Shown: positions 29,805 to 39,766, numbered from the stretch's first letter. The stretch is 64,000 bases of DNA from a virus (IMGVR_UViG_2917461297_000001:56643-120642), one strand, 5' to 3'. Notes: generated from the sequence alone by a model not told the origin. Translations and numbers: made by a program.

Positions 29805-29993
29805 ATGGAAAGTGTAATTAATAAATCAATCAATTTTATATTATATTTAAATATTTTTATTTTTTGGCTATTTGGCACATGGGATTCTACTAATGAAAAC
29901 TTAGCAGGTGTTGTGTGGGACATTTTCATGATAATCATTTCGCTCGTAGCTTTACAGTTAATCAACGATAAATCGACAAGAGAGGGTGTTTAA
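29805..29993 (+). CDS. small membrane protein
   Basis: 62 aa with two hydrophobic segments. Confidence 0.3.
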   Translation: MESVINKSINFILYLNIFIFWLFGTWDSTNENLAGVVWDIFMIIISLVALQLINDKSTREGV

Positions 29994-29995
29994 AT

Positions 29996-30484
29996 ATGGA
30001 AGAATATTGGGTTGCAAAACTTCCGAAAGGATATTGGAACGAACACGCAGATGATTGGGTTAAACCTGTTCATGCAACAATGTTGAGTAGTATTGCGAAC
30101 ACTAAAGAACAAGCTGAAGATTGGTTTAAACAGCGCATTGATAAACCGTTTGTGGTAGTGTCGTTGAAAATAAATTACCATGTAGCAGATTATGCTCAGC
30201 ACGAAGAAAAAGATTTGACTGAAATTTCAAAAACTGATGCTAAAGACCTTAAAGAACTGACATTTGAAAGTATTGAAGAATACGTTTTTTCTACGGAAGA
30301 AAAGTTGTTATTGAGAGATTTATTACGTGCCGCTAGAGAGGACGCTATAAAAGGATTTGATAGAACACTCTATCGTATAAATAAATATGAATTTAGAAAT
30401 AGTGTTATAGAAAGTGCGCTGAAACTTAAAGGTTTTGAAGTAGAAATATACGAAGATGAACTATATTTGTCGTGGAGAGATTAA
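29996..30484 (+). CDS. hypothetical protein
   Basis: 162-aa ORF with RBS AGAGGGTG. Confidence 0.4.
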   Translation: MEEYWVAKLPKGYWNEHADDWVKPVHATMLSSIANTKEQAEDWFKQRIDKPFVVVSLKINYHVADYAQHEEKDLTEISKTDAKDLKELTFESIEEYVFSTEEKLLLRDLLRAAREDAIKGFDRTLYRINKYEFRNSVIESALKLKGFEVEIYEDELYLSWRD

Positions 30485-31035
30485 GACTTAGCGCTATGGA
30501 ACGAGCTAAAATGGGGGGGGTAAACAATGAACACAATAGAGGCTTCTTTACTCACAATTGCTTTTTTGGTGCATTAATCTTGCTTGTAAAACCAATTGTG
30601 GTAGACAGAAAGAGAATGAAGAAAGTTGTCGCAATTGTAAAAGGAATCGATGAAGAAGTATTTTTAAGAACACCTTTAGAAAAAAGAGTTAAATTAAAAC
30701 TTGCTAATAAAGAGGAACATGATGTAAGCTGTCACGATTTTAAACAACCAAATTTCATTAATATAAGTCAAAGTGAAAGAATACATAAAACAGCCATAGT
30801 TTCGGAGTACCACTATACAAAAGCAGTAATCGTACAAGGCGACTGGATAATTGAAATCTTAGGCGATGTAAATGGGAATCTAGAAGTTGCCCGTATATAT
30901 CATGTGAAAATAGAAAAACTCTATGTATACCAGATTAGCTGGTATTTTGAAGATAATAAGGTTAAAAATCTAACTGTAAAATCTAGACATTACTTTTACG
31001 ATGCCAGAAAGGACGAGATTAGCATAAGTATGTGA
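30472..31035 (+). CDS. hypothetical protein
   Basis: 187-aa ORF; start uncertain. Confidence 0.3.
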   Translation: MERLRLSAMERAKMGGVNNEHNRGFFTHNCFFGALILLVKPIVVDRKRMKKVVAIVKGIDEEVFLRTPLEKRVKLKLANKEEHDVSCHDFKQPNFINISQSERIHKTAIVSEYHYTKAVIVQGDWIIEILGDVNGNLEVARIYHVKIEKLYVYQISWYFEDNKVKNLTVKSRHYFYDARKDEISISM

Positions 31036-31058
31036 TATGAAAACAAAATAACAGGAAG

Positions 31059-31508
31059 GTGAATTATATGAAAAGAAATAGACGACTGATATATGGTGCT
31101 TTGGGAGAGTATATAGTTCATGGTAATGACAATTTTTTAAACTCAGAACAAATTAAAATAGCAAATGAATACAACAAAGAGCTGCAAAAATTATTAAAGG
31201 AATCTTTAAGAGAAAGACGTTTGAGAAAAATTACTACCTTTATTAGTAAAACTCCAAGTTATATATTGCAAGGGCTGAGCAACATCGTTAATGCTTTGAT
31301 TATACCGTTCGAGTGGATTGCTATGAAAATGGACGATATAGCCGTTACCCATGAAAACAAAATAAATCTAACAGTAAGTAAATTAGAAACAGCAGATAAT
31401 TTAAATACTTATGCTCATGATGTGGTCTTACCTTTGCTTGAAGATGCTGAAACAGACGATATGTTTGAATTACACCAAAAAGAGATTAAAAAACTAAAAA
31501 GAAACTAA
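31059..31508 (+). CDS. hypothetical protein
   Basis: 149-aa ORF with RBS AGGAAGGTG. Confidence 0.4.
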   Translation: MNYMKRNRRLIYGALGEYIVHGNDNFLNSEQIKIANEYNKELQKLLKESLRERRLRKITTFISKTPSYILQGLSNIVNALIIPFEWIAMKMDDIAVTHENKINLTVSKLETADNLNTYAHDVVLPLLEDAETDDMFELHQKEIKKLKRN

Positions 31509-31512
31509 ATTC

Positions 31513-31797
31513 ATGGAGGAAAAAGAAATGAAAGAACTAACAAAGAAAATTGCAGATATTATGAATTATGAAGTTTGGTATAAAAAGTTAATTTTATTGA
31601 TTGTATTGTCAGGATTATTGGTTGTAGGAGTATTGCTTGTAGATGCGTTGATTAATGTTATTCGTATCTTGTTTAACATTGAGTTATTTGTATTCTTATC
31701 GCCAGTGTTCGCTTTATTATTCTTATTTGGTTGTCAGATTAAATATCCCAAGGATAAGACACGAAATTATAGTGAGTATGCTAAGAATAGAATGTAG
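31513..31797 (+). CDS. small membrane protein
   Basis: 94 aa with two TM-like segments. Confidence 0.4.
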   Translation: MEEKEMKELTKKIADIMNYEVWYKKLILLIVLSGLLVVGVLLVDALINVIRILFNIELFVFLSPVFALLFLFGCQIKYPKDKTRNYSEYAKNRM

Positions 31798-31804
31798 AAA
31801 AGGA

Positions 31805-31836
31805 AGAGATAGTGTTGAGCTATCTCTTTTTATTTT
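31805..31836. terminator. bidirectional rho-independent terminator
   Basis: Stem AGAGATAG/CTATCTCT (8 bp) followed by a T-run, between convergent genes 31513-31797 (+) and 31830-32504 (-). Confidence 0.55.
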
Positions 31837-32504
31837 GATAATTTCTGGCAACCGATGCAAACAATCAAGCCAATAAGTATGTTTATGAAAATTAATGGCA
31901 TTTGCTCTACGAGACCGGTTGGGAGCGACCCGAATATTTTACTAAATAAATATTCATAAATCATTTGTTCGTAAAAATCACTAATAGATTTGCTGAAGTC
32001 GTTAATAACATAAGTCGTTTTTGGGTATTTTACTCTCCCAGTATTCAGAGTATCGAGTAGCTGGTCGAGGAGCTGAAAAGTGAAAAACGACTGTTGTAAA
32101 CTAAAATCTTGTTTTTCTATTTTCTCTATGTTTGAAACAGCTTCTTCAATTATTGAATCATCATTTTCAATTTCTCTTAATATCTTCTCACCAGTAGAAA
32201 TGTTTAAGACGGGAAGTTTAACTTGAGGAGGAACGCTAAGTATCTGTGGAGTTTGTATCTTAGAAAGTTGTGCTGCCAACTCTAATATCGGCTTATTTAA
32301 CTGAAAATAAAAATCTCTGTAAATTTTATTTAATTGTCGGCTAATTTCAAGCGTACTGTTGAGTTCAGGTAAAACTTCCTTGTTATACATTTGAGCCAAT
32401 CTAATTTGTGGTCTCAATGCATTTGTCCTTGAGACGGCTCTACTCATTCTTTGAAAAATTTCCATGTTCTTTCTAAATGGGTCGGGGAAAGTAAAATTAG
32501 ACAA
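31830..32504 (-). CDS. hypothetical protein with C-terminal TM segment
   Basis: 224-aa minus-strand ORF; C-terminal hydrophobic stretch LIFINILIGLIVCIGC. Confidence 0.4.
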   Translation of the reverse strand: MSNFTFPDPFRKNMEIFQRMSRAVSRTNALRPQIRLAQMYNKEVLPELNSTLEISRQLNKIYRDFYFQLNKPILELAAQLSKIQTPQILSVPPQVKLPVLNISTGEKILREIENDDSIIEEAVSNIEKIEKQDFSLQQSFFTFQLLDQLLDTLNTGRVKYPKTTYVINDFSKSISDFYEQMIYEYLFSKIFGSLPTGLVEQMPLIFINILIGLIVCIGCQKLSK

Positions 32505-32524
32505 TAAACAACATCTCCTATTAT

Positions 32525-32938
32525 TTAAATTTTTATATCATATAAACAATCAAACGGTAACCAAATAGAATCGGTAGAACGTTCATTGGTTAATTGAACC
32601 TTTTGATTTAGCTCATCAATAGTTTTAATGTAACCCTTAACTGAGTGCATATAACCATTCTTCCAGTATTCTACTGTTATATAACTATTATTATACACAA
32701 CATATTGAAGTTTTTGGTTTACATCTTGTATTTGTTCTTCAGAAAGTAGTGGCATATCTATTTTGTTTTGATTTTCTTCATATTGCTTTATCATTTCATA
32801 TTGTTCAGGAATAGTTTTAAATGGTTGCCACTTCACAGAGCCACGTCCTTTGGGTATTCTTGGGTTAAGTAAATGTCGTGGTATTTTACGATAATCAGTT
32901 ATATGTTGATATTCTTCAGGTAAGTTTTTATCAATCAT
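32525..32938 (-). CDS. YolD-like protein
   Basis: KGRGSVKWQPFKTIPEQYEMIKQYEE resembles the YolD-family RGxIKW...LPEH core (named after SPbeta yolD). Confidence 0.45.
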   Translation of the reverse strand: MIDKNLPEEYQHITDYRKIPRHLLNPRIPKGRGSVKWQPFKTIPEQYEMIKQYEENQNKIDMPLLSEEQIQDVNQKLQYVVYNNSYITVEYWKNGYMHSVKGYIKTIDELNQKVQLTNERSTDSIWLPFDCLYDIKI

Positions 32939-33098
32939 TCTGTCACCTCACACACACATTGTAGAACATTTGTTCTTGTTGGGCAAGAGAATATGTTTTA
33001 TATATTAGTAAGATGTGTTTATTTTTTAAGCGCACCTTTTTATTTGGGCGGTGATTATACAGATTATGAAAAGATTAAAAATAAATTAATGAATATTG

Positions 33099-33127
33099 TT
33101 GACATATAGAAAATGAGGTTGTATAGT
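33099..33127 (+). promoter_or_regulatory. strong sigma-A promoter driving the TnpB-like gene
   Basis: TTGACA at 33099-33104, 17-nt spacer, TATAGT at 33122-33127; the AAATAAATTAAT motif lies 8 nt upstream. Confidence 0.6.
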
Positions 33128-33169
33128 ATTAAGTGTAACAAAGAAAAAAAATTAAATGAGGTGAAACGA

Positions 33170-34522
33170 ATGGAAAGTGAAAAAGAAAAATATGTCGTGC
33201 AATCGTACGGGATTAAGCTAATTAAACCAGTAGGTGTTGATGAAGGAGATTGGGATTTTGCTGGTAAAGTGTTAAGAGATTTAGACTACGCTTGCTTTAG
33301 AGTTAAAAATAAAGCAGCTACTAGAACTTACATGAACGTAATTGAGAAATTAGAATATGAAAACATTCATGGTAAAGGAACATATGATAAGTATTTTAAA
33401 ACGAGATATGGTAAGACATTTTCAGCCTATAACAGCGAATGCGCAAGAGAAGATAAAGAATTAAATAAAGGAGATTTATACAGAGAATATTTCAATTTAA
33501 TGGCTCGTGAGGGTGAAAAGGTTGTAAAATATAACATGAAAAAAATATTAAATGGGAACGCAAGCAACATTACTTTCAAAAGAAATCAACCAGTCCCTAT
33601 AACTTCAAGAATGATTTTTATCACAAAAGAAAGTGGGAAATATTATGCTGAGTTGACTTTGCTAAGTCCTGAAAAAGCGAAAGAGCTTGGCAGAAAAGGG
33701 AAGAATGGTACAAGAATCAAATTTTTACTTAGCTCTAAAGGACAGGAAAAAGTTATATTAGACAGATTAACAAGTGGTGAATATGATTTAAGAGATAGTC
33801 ATATTCACGTTAAAAAGAAAGGAAATAAATTAACTAACTATTTAATCATTGCTTATAGACATAAAGTAAAAGACGATAACGATTTGATTCCGAATAAAGT
33901 ATTAGGTGTTGACTTAGGAGTATCAAAAGCGGCATATATGGCTGTTAGTGAATCACCAGTGTCTGAATATATAAATGGTGGAGAAATTGAGCAGTTTAGA
34001 AATGGCGTTGAAGCTAGAAGGAACGGCATGAGAAATCAGTTGAAATATCACTCTAGCAACAGAAGCGGACATGGCAGAGCAACGAAACTAAAGCCGTTAG
34101 AAAAACTTAGAGAGAAAGTCAGCAATTTTAGAAAACTAACAAATCATCGTTATGCTAAATTTATTGTTGATACCGCATTGAAAAATAATTGCTCAATTAT
34201 TCAAATGGAAGAATTGAAAGGTATCTCGAAAAACGACACATTTCTGAAGCGTTGGAGTTATTTTGATTTACAAGAAAAAATTGAGAATAAAGCAATAGCA
34301 GTAGGTATTGAGGTGAAAAAAGTTTCTCCTAAATTTACCTCTCAAAGATGTAATAAATGCGGTTATATCGATAAAGAGAGCCGAAAAAGTCAAGAGAAGT
34401 TTGAATGTGTGAATTGTGGGCATAAAACTAACGCTGATTTAAATGCCGCAAGAAACCTTTCAATGCTCAATGTTGAAAAAGAAATAAAAGCGCAATGTAA
34501 GGCACAAAAAATTAAGTATTGA
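33170..34522 (+). CDS. TnpB/Cas12-like RNA-guided nuclease (RuvC + zinc finger)
   Basis: RuvC-I VLGVDLGVS, RuvC-II IIQMEELKG and RuvC-III NADLNAARNL, with the zinc finger CNKCGY...CVNCGH between II and III. Start moved to ATG 33170 (RBS GAGGTG) because 33113 lies inside the promoter. Confidence 0.75.
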   Translation: MESEKEKYVVQSYGIKLIKPVGVDEGDWDFAGKVLRDLDYACFRVKNKAATRTYMNVIEKLEYENIHGKGTYDKYFKTRYGKTFSAYNSECAREDKELNKGDLYREYFNLMAREGEKVVKYNMKKILNGNASNITFKRNQPVPITSRMIFITKESGKYYAELTLLSPEKAKELGRKGKNGTRIKFLLSSKGQEKVILDRLTSGEYDLRDSHIHVKKKGNKLTNYLIIAYRHKVKDDNDLIPNKVLGVDLGVSKAAYMAVSESPVSEYINGGEIEQFRNGVEARRNGMRNQLKYHSSNRSGHGRATKLKPLEKLREKVSNFRKLTNHRYAKFIVDTALKNNCSIIQMEELKGISKNDTFLKRWSYFDLQEKIENKAIAVGIEVKKVSPKFTSQRCNKCGYIDKESRKSQEKFECVNCGHKTNADLNAARNLSMLNVEKEIKAQCKAQKIKY

Positions 34523-34749
34523 AAATAAATTAATAAATTAAATATCGCAAGGTGCTAAACGTCATAGCATCGTGGCAGTATCATGTCACAAAATCGAGAA
34601 AGTGTCGTTTTAACAAGGTAAATACATAATTTTTAACGATATATAAAACGAAATACACTCGAAAGGTAAACTGAATAATCAGTTTGAAATCTAGCTCACA
34701 AATACCGAGTTAGACTACTCGCCAATGTTTGACGTTAGATTGGTTAGAG

Positions 34750-34903
34750 GTAACAGTACCAAGTTATTTAACAGAGTAGTGATACTATAAATTCGGTACA
34801 TGTAGTAATCTTCTAGTAACAGTACCAAGTTATTTAACAGAGTAGTGATACTATGATGGTATAGTCTTTTACCCACAGCATGTAACAGTACCAAGTTATT
34901 TAA
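34750..34903 (+). CRISPR. CRISPR-like mini-array (2 full + 1 degenerate 39-bp repeat, two 27-bp spacers)
   Basis: GTAACAGTACCAAGTTATTTAACAGAGTAGTGATACTAT at 34750-34788 and 34816-34854; spacers 34789-34815 and 34855-34881; third copy 34882-34903 matches the first 22 nt and then diverges. Confidence 0.6.
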
Positions 34904-35037
34904 AAAGATAAATTAAATATATAACATGAATAGAAAATTTATAATAGATTAGTTTGCAAACAGAGAAATGGTAAAATGTAAAAAATAGTTATAAAATTTA
35001 AGCGATATTAAAAATAAATGAAAAAGGAGACTTAAAA

Positions 35038-35418
35038 ATGAGTCTGTGTGTGGTAAATTATTATGACACTAGAAACAAGTATTTATCTTCTGTACTTTTC
35101 GATTCAGACGTTGACGCTATGGAGGAACTCGAGAGTAATAATTATTATATGAAAAAGTGGGGTAATTATTATAATGACGAAACACAAAAATATGCAGTAA
35201 TAGAAAAATGCATTAGAAATATAAGATATTCAGCAAATAACTCAAATGATGAGCTAAAGTGTTTTGTACTATTTTCTAGAGAAAGATATAAGGAAGAATA
35301 TTCAAAAGATTTTGTCAGTGCTTATATTTCAGATGAAGCAGGAGTGAAGAAACTGATTAATGAGCTATATAGTGTTGACGATTTTAATAATTTAATATAT
35401 AGTTATGAAGTGATATGA
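35038..35418 (+). CDS. hypothetical protein
   Basis: 126-aa ORF with RBS AAAGGAGA. Confidence 0.4.
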   Translation: MSLCVVNYYDTRNKYLSSVLFDSDVDAMEELESNNYYMKKWGNYYNDETQKYAVIEKCIRNIRYSANNSNDELKCFVLFSRERYKEEYSKDFVSAYISDEAGVKKLINELYSVDDFNNLIYSYEVI

Positions 35419-35445
35419 TAACCAAAATCAAAAGGAGAGAATATT

Positions 35446-35661
35446 ATGCGAGTTTATATTGTAGAATATAGAATTTACGACTGGGGCGGTGAGAAAGATA
35501 ATATGACAGATGGTTCATTTTTTCGTAGTTTCGACGAAGCAGAGTACTACTTGTTAAAAGAAGGATTTAAACATTACGAAGATGACCAGTACATTATTGG
35601 TGACGATGTAGATAAGATAGTAGCCACAATTAAAATGTTGACACCTTATGTTGAGATTTAG
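35446..35661 (+). CDS. hypothetical protein
   Basis: 71-aa ORF with RBS AAGGAGAG. Confidence 0.4.
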   Translation: MRVYIVEYRIYDWGGEKDNMTDGSFFRSFDEAEYYLLKEGFKHYEDDQYIIGDDVDKIVATIKMLTPYVEI

Positions 35662-35672
35662 TTGGTGGAAAT

Positions 35673-35972
35673 ATGGATATAATTACTGATGTATATTTAA
35701 AATTTATAAACAATAAAAATAAAATAATTTATATTGACAACAAAGAAGTTGAAGTAAAAATTTCTAATAGTTTTGCAACCGATGATGGAAGCGTTTTTGT
35801 ATTGGCTTTGAGATATAAAGACACATTCGAGATTTTTGAAATATCTCAAATGTATTTTAGCGATTATGTGACTATAAAAACTAAATATGAAAGAGTTGGC
35901 GTAAAGAATGAAGAAGAGTTTGATTTTGCTATAGAAAGATTGATAACGAGATATTTATTAGATAAGAATTGA
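35673..35972 (+). CDS. hypothetical protein
   Basis: 99-aa ORF. Confidence 0.35.
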   Translation: MDIITDVYLKFINNKNKIIYIDNKEVEVKISNSFATDDGSVFVLALRYKDTFEIFEISQMYFSDYVTIKTKYERVGVKNEEEFDFAIERLITRYLLDKN

Positions 35973-36259
35973 ATGTTTTGAAATAATACGTGCGGAGGAT
36001 AATTTTTATGGAAGTTTCGCAAAACGGTCGAAATTATAATATCGACTTGACCGATAGTATGTACGTCTGTGGGAAATAATGGGGTACAACGGTGATAGTA
36101 ACATGATTGGAATTTATGATGTTAAAGAAGAAGCAATGAGTAAAGTTGAAGAAGTAAATAAGAAAACTGGTAATCCCGCATATTTCTTAGAGTATGTGCT
36201 TATTGAAAGATTGTAAAAAGTAAAGTGCAAACGTAGAACTATTAAAGGAGATGTTTTAA

Positions 36260-36571
36260 ATGAAAGTATATCAACCATGTTATTACAATGGGGAATATTA
36301 TGAAGACCATATTGAATTGGAGAGTAATTATGTGTATACAAACATAGCTAAAGCGATTAAAGAAATTGAAAGCTACAAAGCGTTCAATATGGGAGGTAGA
36401 GAATATAAATATAATAGATTATTTGATGATTTCAAGATGTATAAAAATTTAGTGTTTCCTGCCACAAGTAATCATTCTATTAAGTTACGGGAAGATTTCA
36501 GTCTCGATATTCAAAAAGATGGATATGCTTTCATCAAGGTGTATGAGCTAAATACGGAAGTGCTAATGTGA
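36260..36571 (+). CDS. hypothetical protein
   Basis: 103-aa ORF with RBS AAGGAGA. Confidence 0.4.
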   Translation: MKVYQPCYYNGEYYEDHIELESNYVYTNIAKAIKEIESYKAFNMGGREYKYNRLFDDFKMYKNLVFPATSNHSIKLREDFSLDIQKDGYAFIKVYELNTEVLM

Positions 36572-36645
36572 AAAACAAAGAAGAGTTTAATTTTGCTGTA
36601 GAGTGATTGATAACAAGATATATGTAGAAAAGGAGTTAAATTAAT

Positions 36646-36861
36646 ATGACATTTTGTGTGCGGTCGCAAGAAAAGCAAGCTAGAGAATTTTTGTTAAATC
36701 AAGGAGAAGTTGAAGCATCAGAATTAGCGGTAATGACTACAGAAGAAGTTATAAGTAAAATAGAAACATGGGCGGAAAGTAATGATTATATGATTATTTT
36801 AGCAGACGAAGATATTGGGTTGATTCCAAAAAGTGCAAAACAGTATTGGTTTTCGAGATAA
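36646..36861 (+). CDS. hypothetical protein
   Basis: 71-aa ORF with RBS AAGGAG. Confidence 0.35.
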   Translation: MTFCVRSQEKQAREFLLNQGEVEASELAVMTTEEVISKIETWAESNDYMIILADEDIGLIPKSAKQYWFSR

Positions 36862-36890
36862 ATTAATTTATAACAAAGGAGAGGTATTGA

Positions 36891-37100
36891 ATGGAAAAAT
36901 TATATTTTTTACGCACAGAAATGGTGGAAGCGGGGGACGAATATGTTGCTTTACGAGATACCAACGGCAAAGTGATTCTTGAAGGAGATACTTATCACGA
37001 TAAAATCGAAGAAAAAATTGATGGTTTTATGTCAGGGCTTGCATATTTAGGATACAAAGCAGATATAGTGAAATTAGGCGTAGGAGTTGAATTCCAGTAA
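36891..37100 (+). CDS. hypothetical protein
   Basis: 69-aa ORF with RBS AAGGAGAGG. Confidence 0.4.
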   Translation: MEKLYFLRTEMVEAGDEYVALRDTNGKVILEGDTYHDKIEEKIDGFMSGLAYLGYKADIVKLGVGVEFQ

Positions 37101-37161
37101 GAGGAAGAGTCGAGACTTCCTGAACACAAGCATTCAAAATAATAATCGAGTGGTGAAAAAT

Positions 37162-37359
37162 ATGTTTATAATTGAATATACGAGTTATTTTCCAAATAAT
37201 GAAAGTTATTCTTTAGACGACTATTACTTTGTCGAGAAAGAAGAAGCAATTGAATATTTAAAAAATGATGGGTTTAAAATGGAGCGGCATGATATTTATA
37301 AAAAAGGCGAAATGTTCGGAACTAGGGCAAATATAACTCAATTAGCTAAGTTTAAATAA
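37162..37359 (+). CDS. hypothetical protein
   Basis: Start moved to ATG 37162 after GGTGAAAAAT. Confidence 0.35.
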   Translation: MFIIEYTSYFPNNESYSLDDYYFVEKEEAIEYLKNDGFKMERHDIYKKGEMFGTRANITQLAKFK

Positions 37360-37542
37360 TTTAATTATGAAAGGAGAGGCAATAATGAAATATGAAAAAA
37401 TGTGGGAACAGCTACTCAACGAAGTGAAAGAACGCATGGATAAATACGCTTTAACAGATAGATATAGGTATCAATTTTTCAGAATGTTGCATGACAGAAT
37501 GAAAATGATTGAAAAAGAAGATAAGACACGGGAGGACTATGA

Positions 37543-37770
37543 ATGAATGAACTATTCAGAGCTGTGGCACTGGACGATGATTACTATGGGACTGGTACTA
37601 CATTAAAAGGCTTTGGAGTATTTACTATCAAATTTTCAGACGATTATTTCGCTAAGACTGGTAAACGAAAAGAAACGTATTTGTATACAGATTATCATGG
37701 AAAAGTTAAAGTTGATGAGAATTCTATTGAACAGCTTGAGACTAAATTTAAAAAGGTGAAAAGTCTTTGA
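37543..37770 (+). CDS. hypothetical protein
   Basis: 75-aa ORF. Confidence 0.35.
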   Translation: MNELFRAVALDDDYYGTGTTLKGFGVFTIKFSDDYFAKTGKRKETYLYTDYHGKVKVDENSIEQLETKFKKVKSL

Positions 37771-38015
37771 TTAAAGGAGAAATATCAGATGGAAAACAGG
37801 AAAGCAAAATTATGGTTGGGAGTTGTTCTTTTATACTTATCACTCTCCGTAACAGTTAATGTGATAACTACATCGTTTATGGGCTTTGTTATTACTGGCA
37901 TGCTTCTCATGTCAGTGTTCGGTTTAAATTTAATTATAGAAAACTTAGACGTGTGATAAATTCTAGGTTTTAAAGATAAAATAATTGCAAAAATTATAAG
38001 GAGAAAGTTAGATAA

Positions 38016-38816
38016 ATGAATATTTCATATATTAGTGATTTACATATTGATAATTGGGTTAAACACAATAACAACCAAATCAAACACGAAAAACAAGTTA
38101 AAGAGTTTATTAATAATTTAATTGAAAGAAGTAATTTAAAAGTCAAGGAAGTGTTAGTTATTGCTGGAGATATTTCACATTACAATAGAATCACAATGTG
38201 GGTGCTAGAGGAGTTCTCTAAGCAATTTGATAAAGTATTCTTTGTGAGTGGTAATCATGACTATTATTTAGTATCTCAACAACAAACGAAAAAATATAAA
38301 AATGAAAGTAAATTGCGGGCTAAAGAATTATCAGAGTTAGTTAAACAATTAGGCAATGTGACTTTCTTTAATAGTATGTATAGTGATAATTCCGAAGTGT
38401 ATAAAGGGGTTACATTTGCTGGTGCTACTATGACTAGCCTACCAACAACAGAAGAGGAAGTTAGATTCTATCGTGAATTCATGAATGATAGCAAGTACAT
38501 TACAGAAGAGCCCAAGTTGTACAACACTTATGACAAAGTAATTTATGAGAACATTTTAAGTGAGAAAGTAAAGCCAGATGTATTTCTCTCACATTATCCG
38601 TTAATCACAACATCATCTCATAGAAAGAATCTAAGTGATGGTTCAATCGGTTCATATAAATGTGAGGTTAGTGAATTGATTGCGCCGATTAACTTTTTCG
38701 GGCACGTACATGAACATCAAGTAATGTATAAGGTTGCTGACACGAAGCATTATTGTAATGCATTGGGTTATCCGAATGAGAATACAAATACTATTATTAG
38801 ACAAATTGAAATTTAA
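38016..38816 (+). CDS. calcineurin-like metallophosphoesterase
   Basis: Motifs SDLHID, GDISHY, GNHDYY and GHVHEH. Confidence 0.65.
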   Translation: MNISYISDLHIDNWVKHNNNQIKHEKQVKEFINNLIERSNLKVKEVLVIAGDISHYNRITMWVLEEFSKQFDKVFFVSGNHDYYLVSQQQTKKYKNESKLRAKELSELVKQLGNVTFFNSMYSDNSEVYKGVTFAGATMTSLPTTEEEVRFYREFMNDSKYITEEPKLYNTYDKVIYENILSEKVKPDVFLSHYPLITTSSHRKNLSDGSIGSYKCEVSELIAPINFFGHVHEHQVMYKVADTKHYCNALGYPNENTNTIIRQIEI

Positions 38817-38834
38817 TTCAAAGGAGAAGATAAC

Positions 38835-39299
38835 ATGAAAAGGTTACTATTGGAACACGCTGATAAAATAATTGAATTTGAAGAGATAATTAGAGAGAAG
38901 TATAAAGTAGAAGATATTGAGCTAAAGGTAAAATCTTACACGTCATATTTTGGAGAAGAGTTACGTGTGGAGTGTGAGCAAGGAGACTATCTCTTTATGT
39001 TTTATGATGAAGATGGTGAGTTAGAGGTTAAATACCACTATGCGCCAATGAAAAATGATAAGGAATTTTCTATCACTGTTGATGAAACGGCTACTTATCG
39101 TGAGAGTTGGGATTTAGAAATTATAAAGCTAGAAAATGGTGATTTTACTTATAAAAACTGGCGTGATTATGTTTCTACTCATAGTTTTACTGATATTGAT
39201 TCATTAGTGGAACACGTAATTGAGCACGACACATTGTCTAAGCAAGTTACTTACAGCAACAATGAGGTAGAATTCGATTATACAATTTTGGAGGATTAA
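38835..39299 (+). CDS. hypothetical protein (tandem paralog A)
   Basis: 154 aa; paralogous to ORF 39302 (shared KYADKVVEFEE, GEELRVE.EQGDYL, YDYKILE). Confidence 0.45.
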   Translation: MKRLLLEHADKIIEFEEIIREKYKVEDIELKVKSYTSYFGEELRVECEQGDYLFMFYDEDGELEVKYHYAPMKNDKEFSITVDETATYRESWDLEIIKLENGDFTYKNWRDYVSTHSFTDIDSLVEHVIEHDTLSKQVTYSNNEVEFDYTILED

Positions 39300-39301
39300 T
39301 T

Positions 39302-39766
39302 ATGGAAAGATTGCTTGTTAAATATGCAGATAAAGTAGTTGAGTTTGAAGAAAAATTAAGAAATAAATACAAATCAGATAGCATTAAGTTAGAGGTAAGG
39401 TCATCTGTATCGTGGCTTGGAGAAGAGCTTCGAGTAGAATCAGAACAAGGAGACTATCTTACGTTATTTGATGATGAAAATGGTGAGTTGAGTATTGATT
39501 ATTATTTTGTACCAACTGAAGAAGCCGAATCATTTACAATCGAGGTTAAAGGTACCTACGTGTTTCGTGAGGAATGGAAATTAGACATTATTAAATCATC
39601 TGAAGGTAAATATACTTACAAAAAATGGTACAGAAAAGTACCTGCATTTGATACAATCGATTCGCTAATAAAGCATGTTGATGAAGACGACCCAACTTCT
39701 AGAGTGCATATTTCAGACGGCAAAGAAAGCAGAGAATATGACTATAAAATCTTGGAGGAGAGATGA
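39302..39766 (+). CDS. hypothetical protein (tandem paralog B)
   Basis: 154 aa; tandem duplicate of ORF 38835. Confidence 0.45.
   Translation: MERLLVKYADKVVEFEEKLRNKYKSDSIKLEVRSSVSWLGEELRVESEQGDYLTLFDDENGELSIDYYFVPTEEAESFTIEVKGTYVFREEWKLDIIKSSEGKYTYKKWYRKVPAFDTIDSLIKHVDEDDPTSRVHISDGKESREYDYKILEER

Noticed and set aside
34750-34903. Direct repeats downstream of TnpB as IS200/IS605 right-end structure
   Set aside because: IS605 ends are subterminal imperfect palindromes, not 39-bp direct repeats separated by equal-length unique spacers. No TnpA or left end was found.
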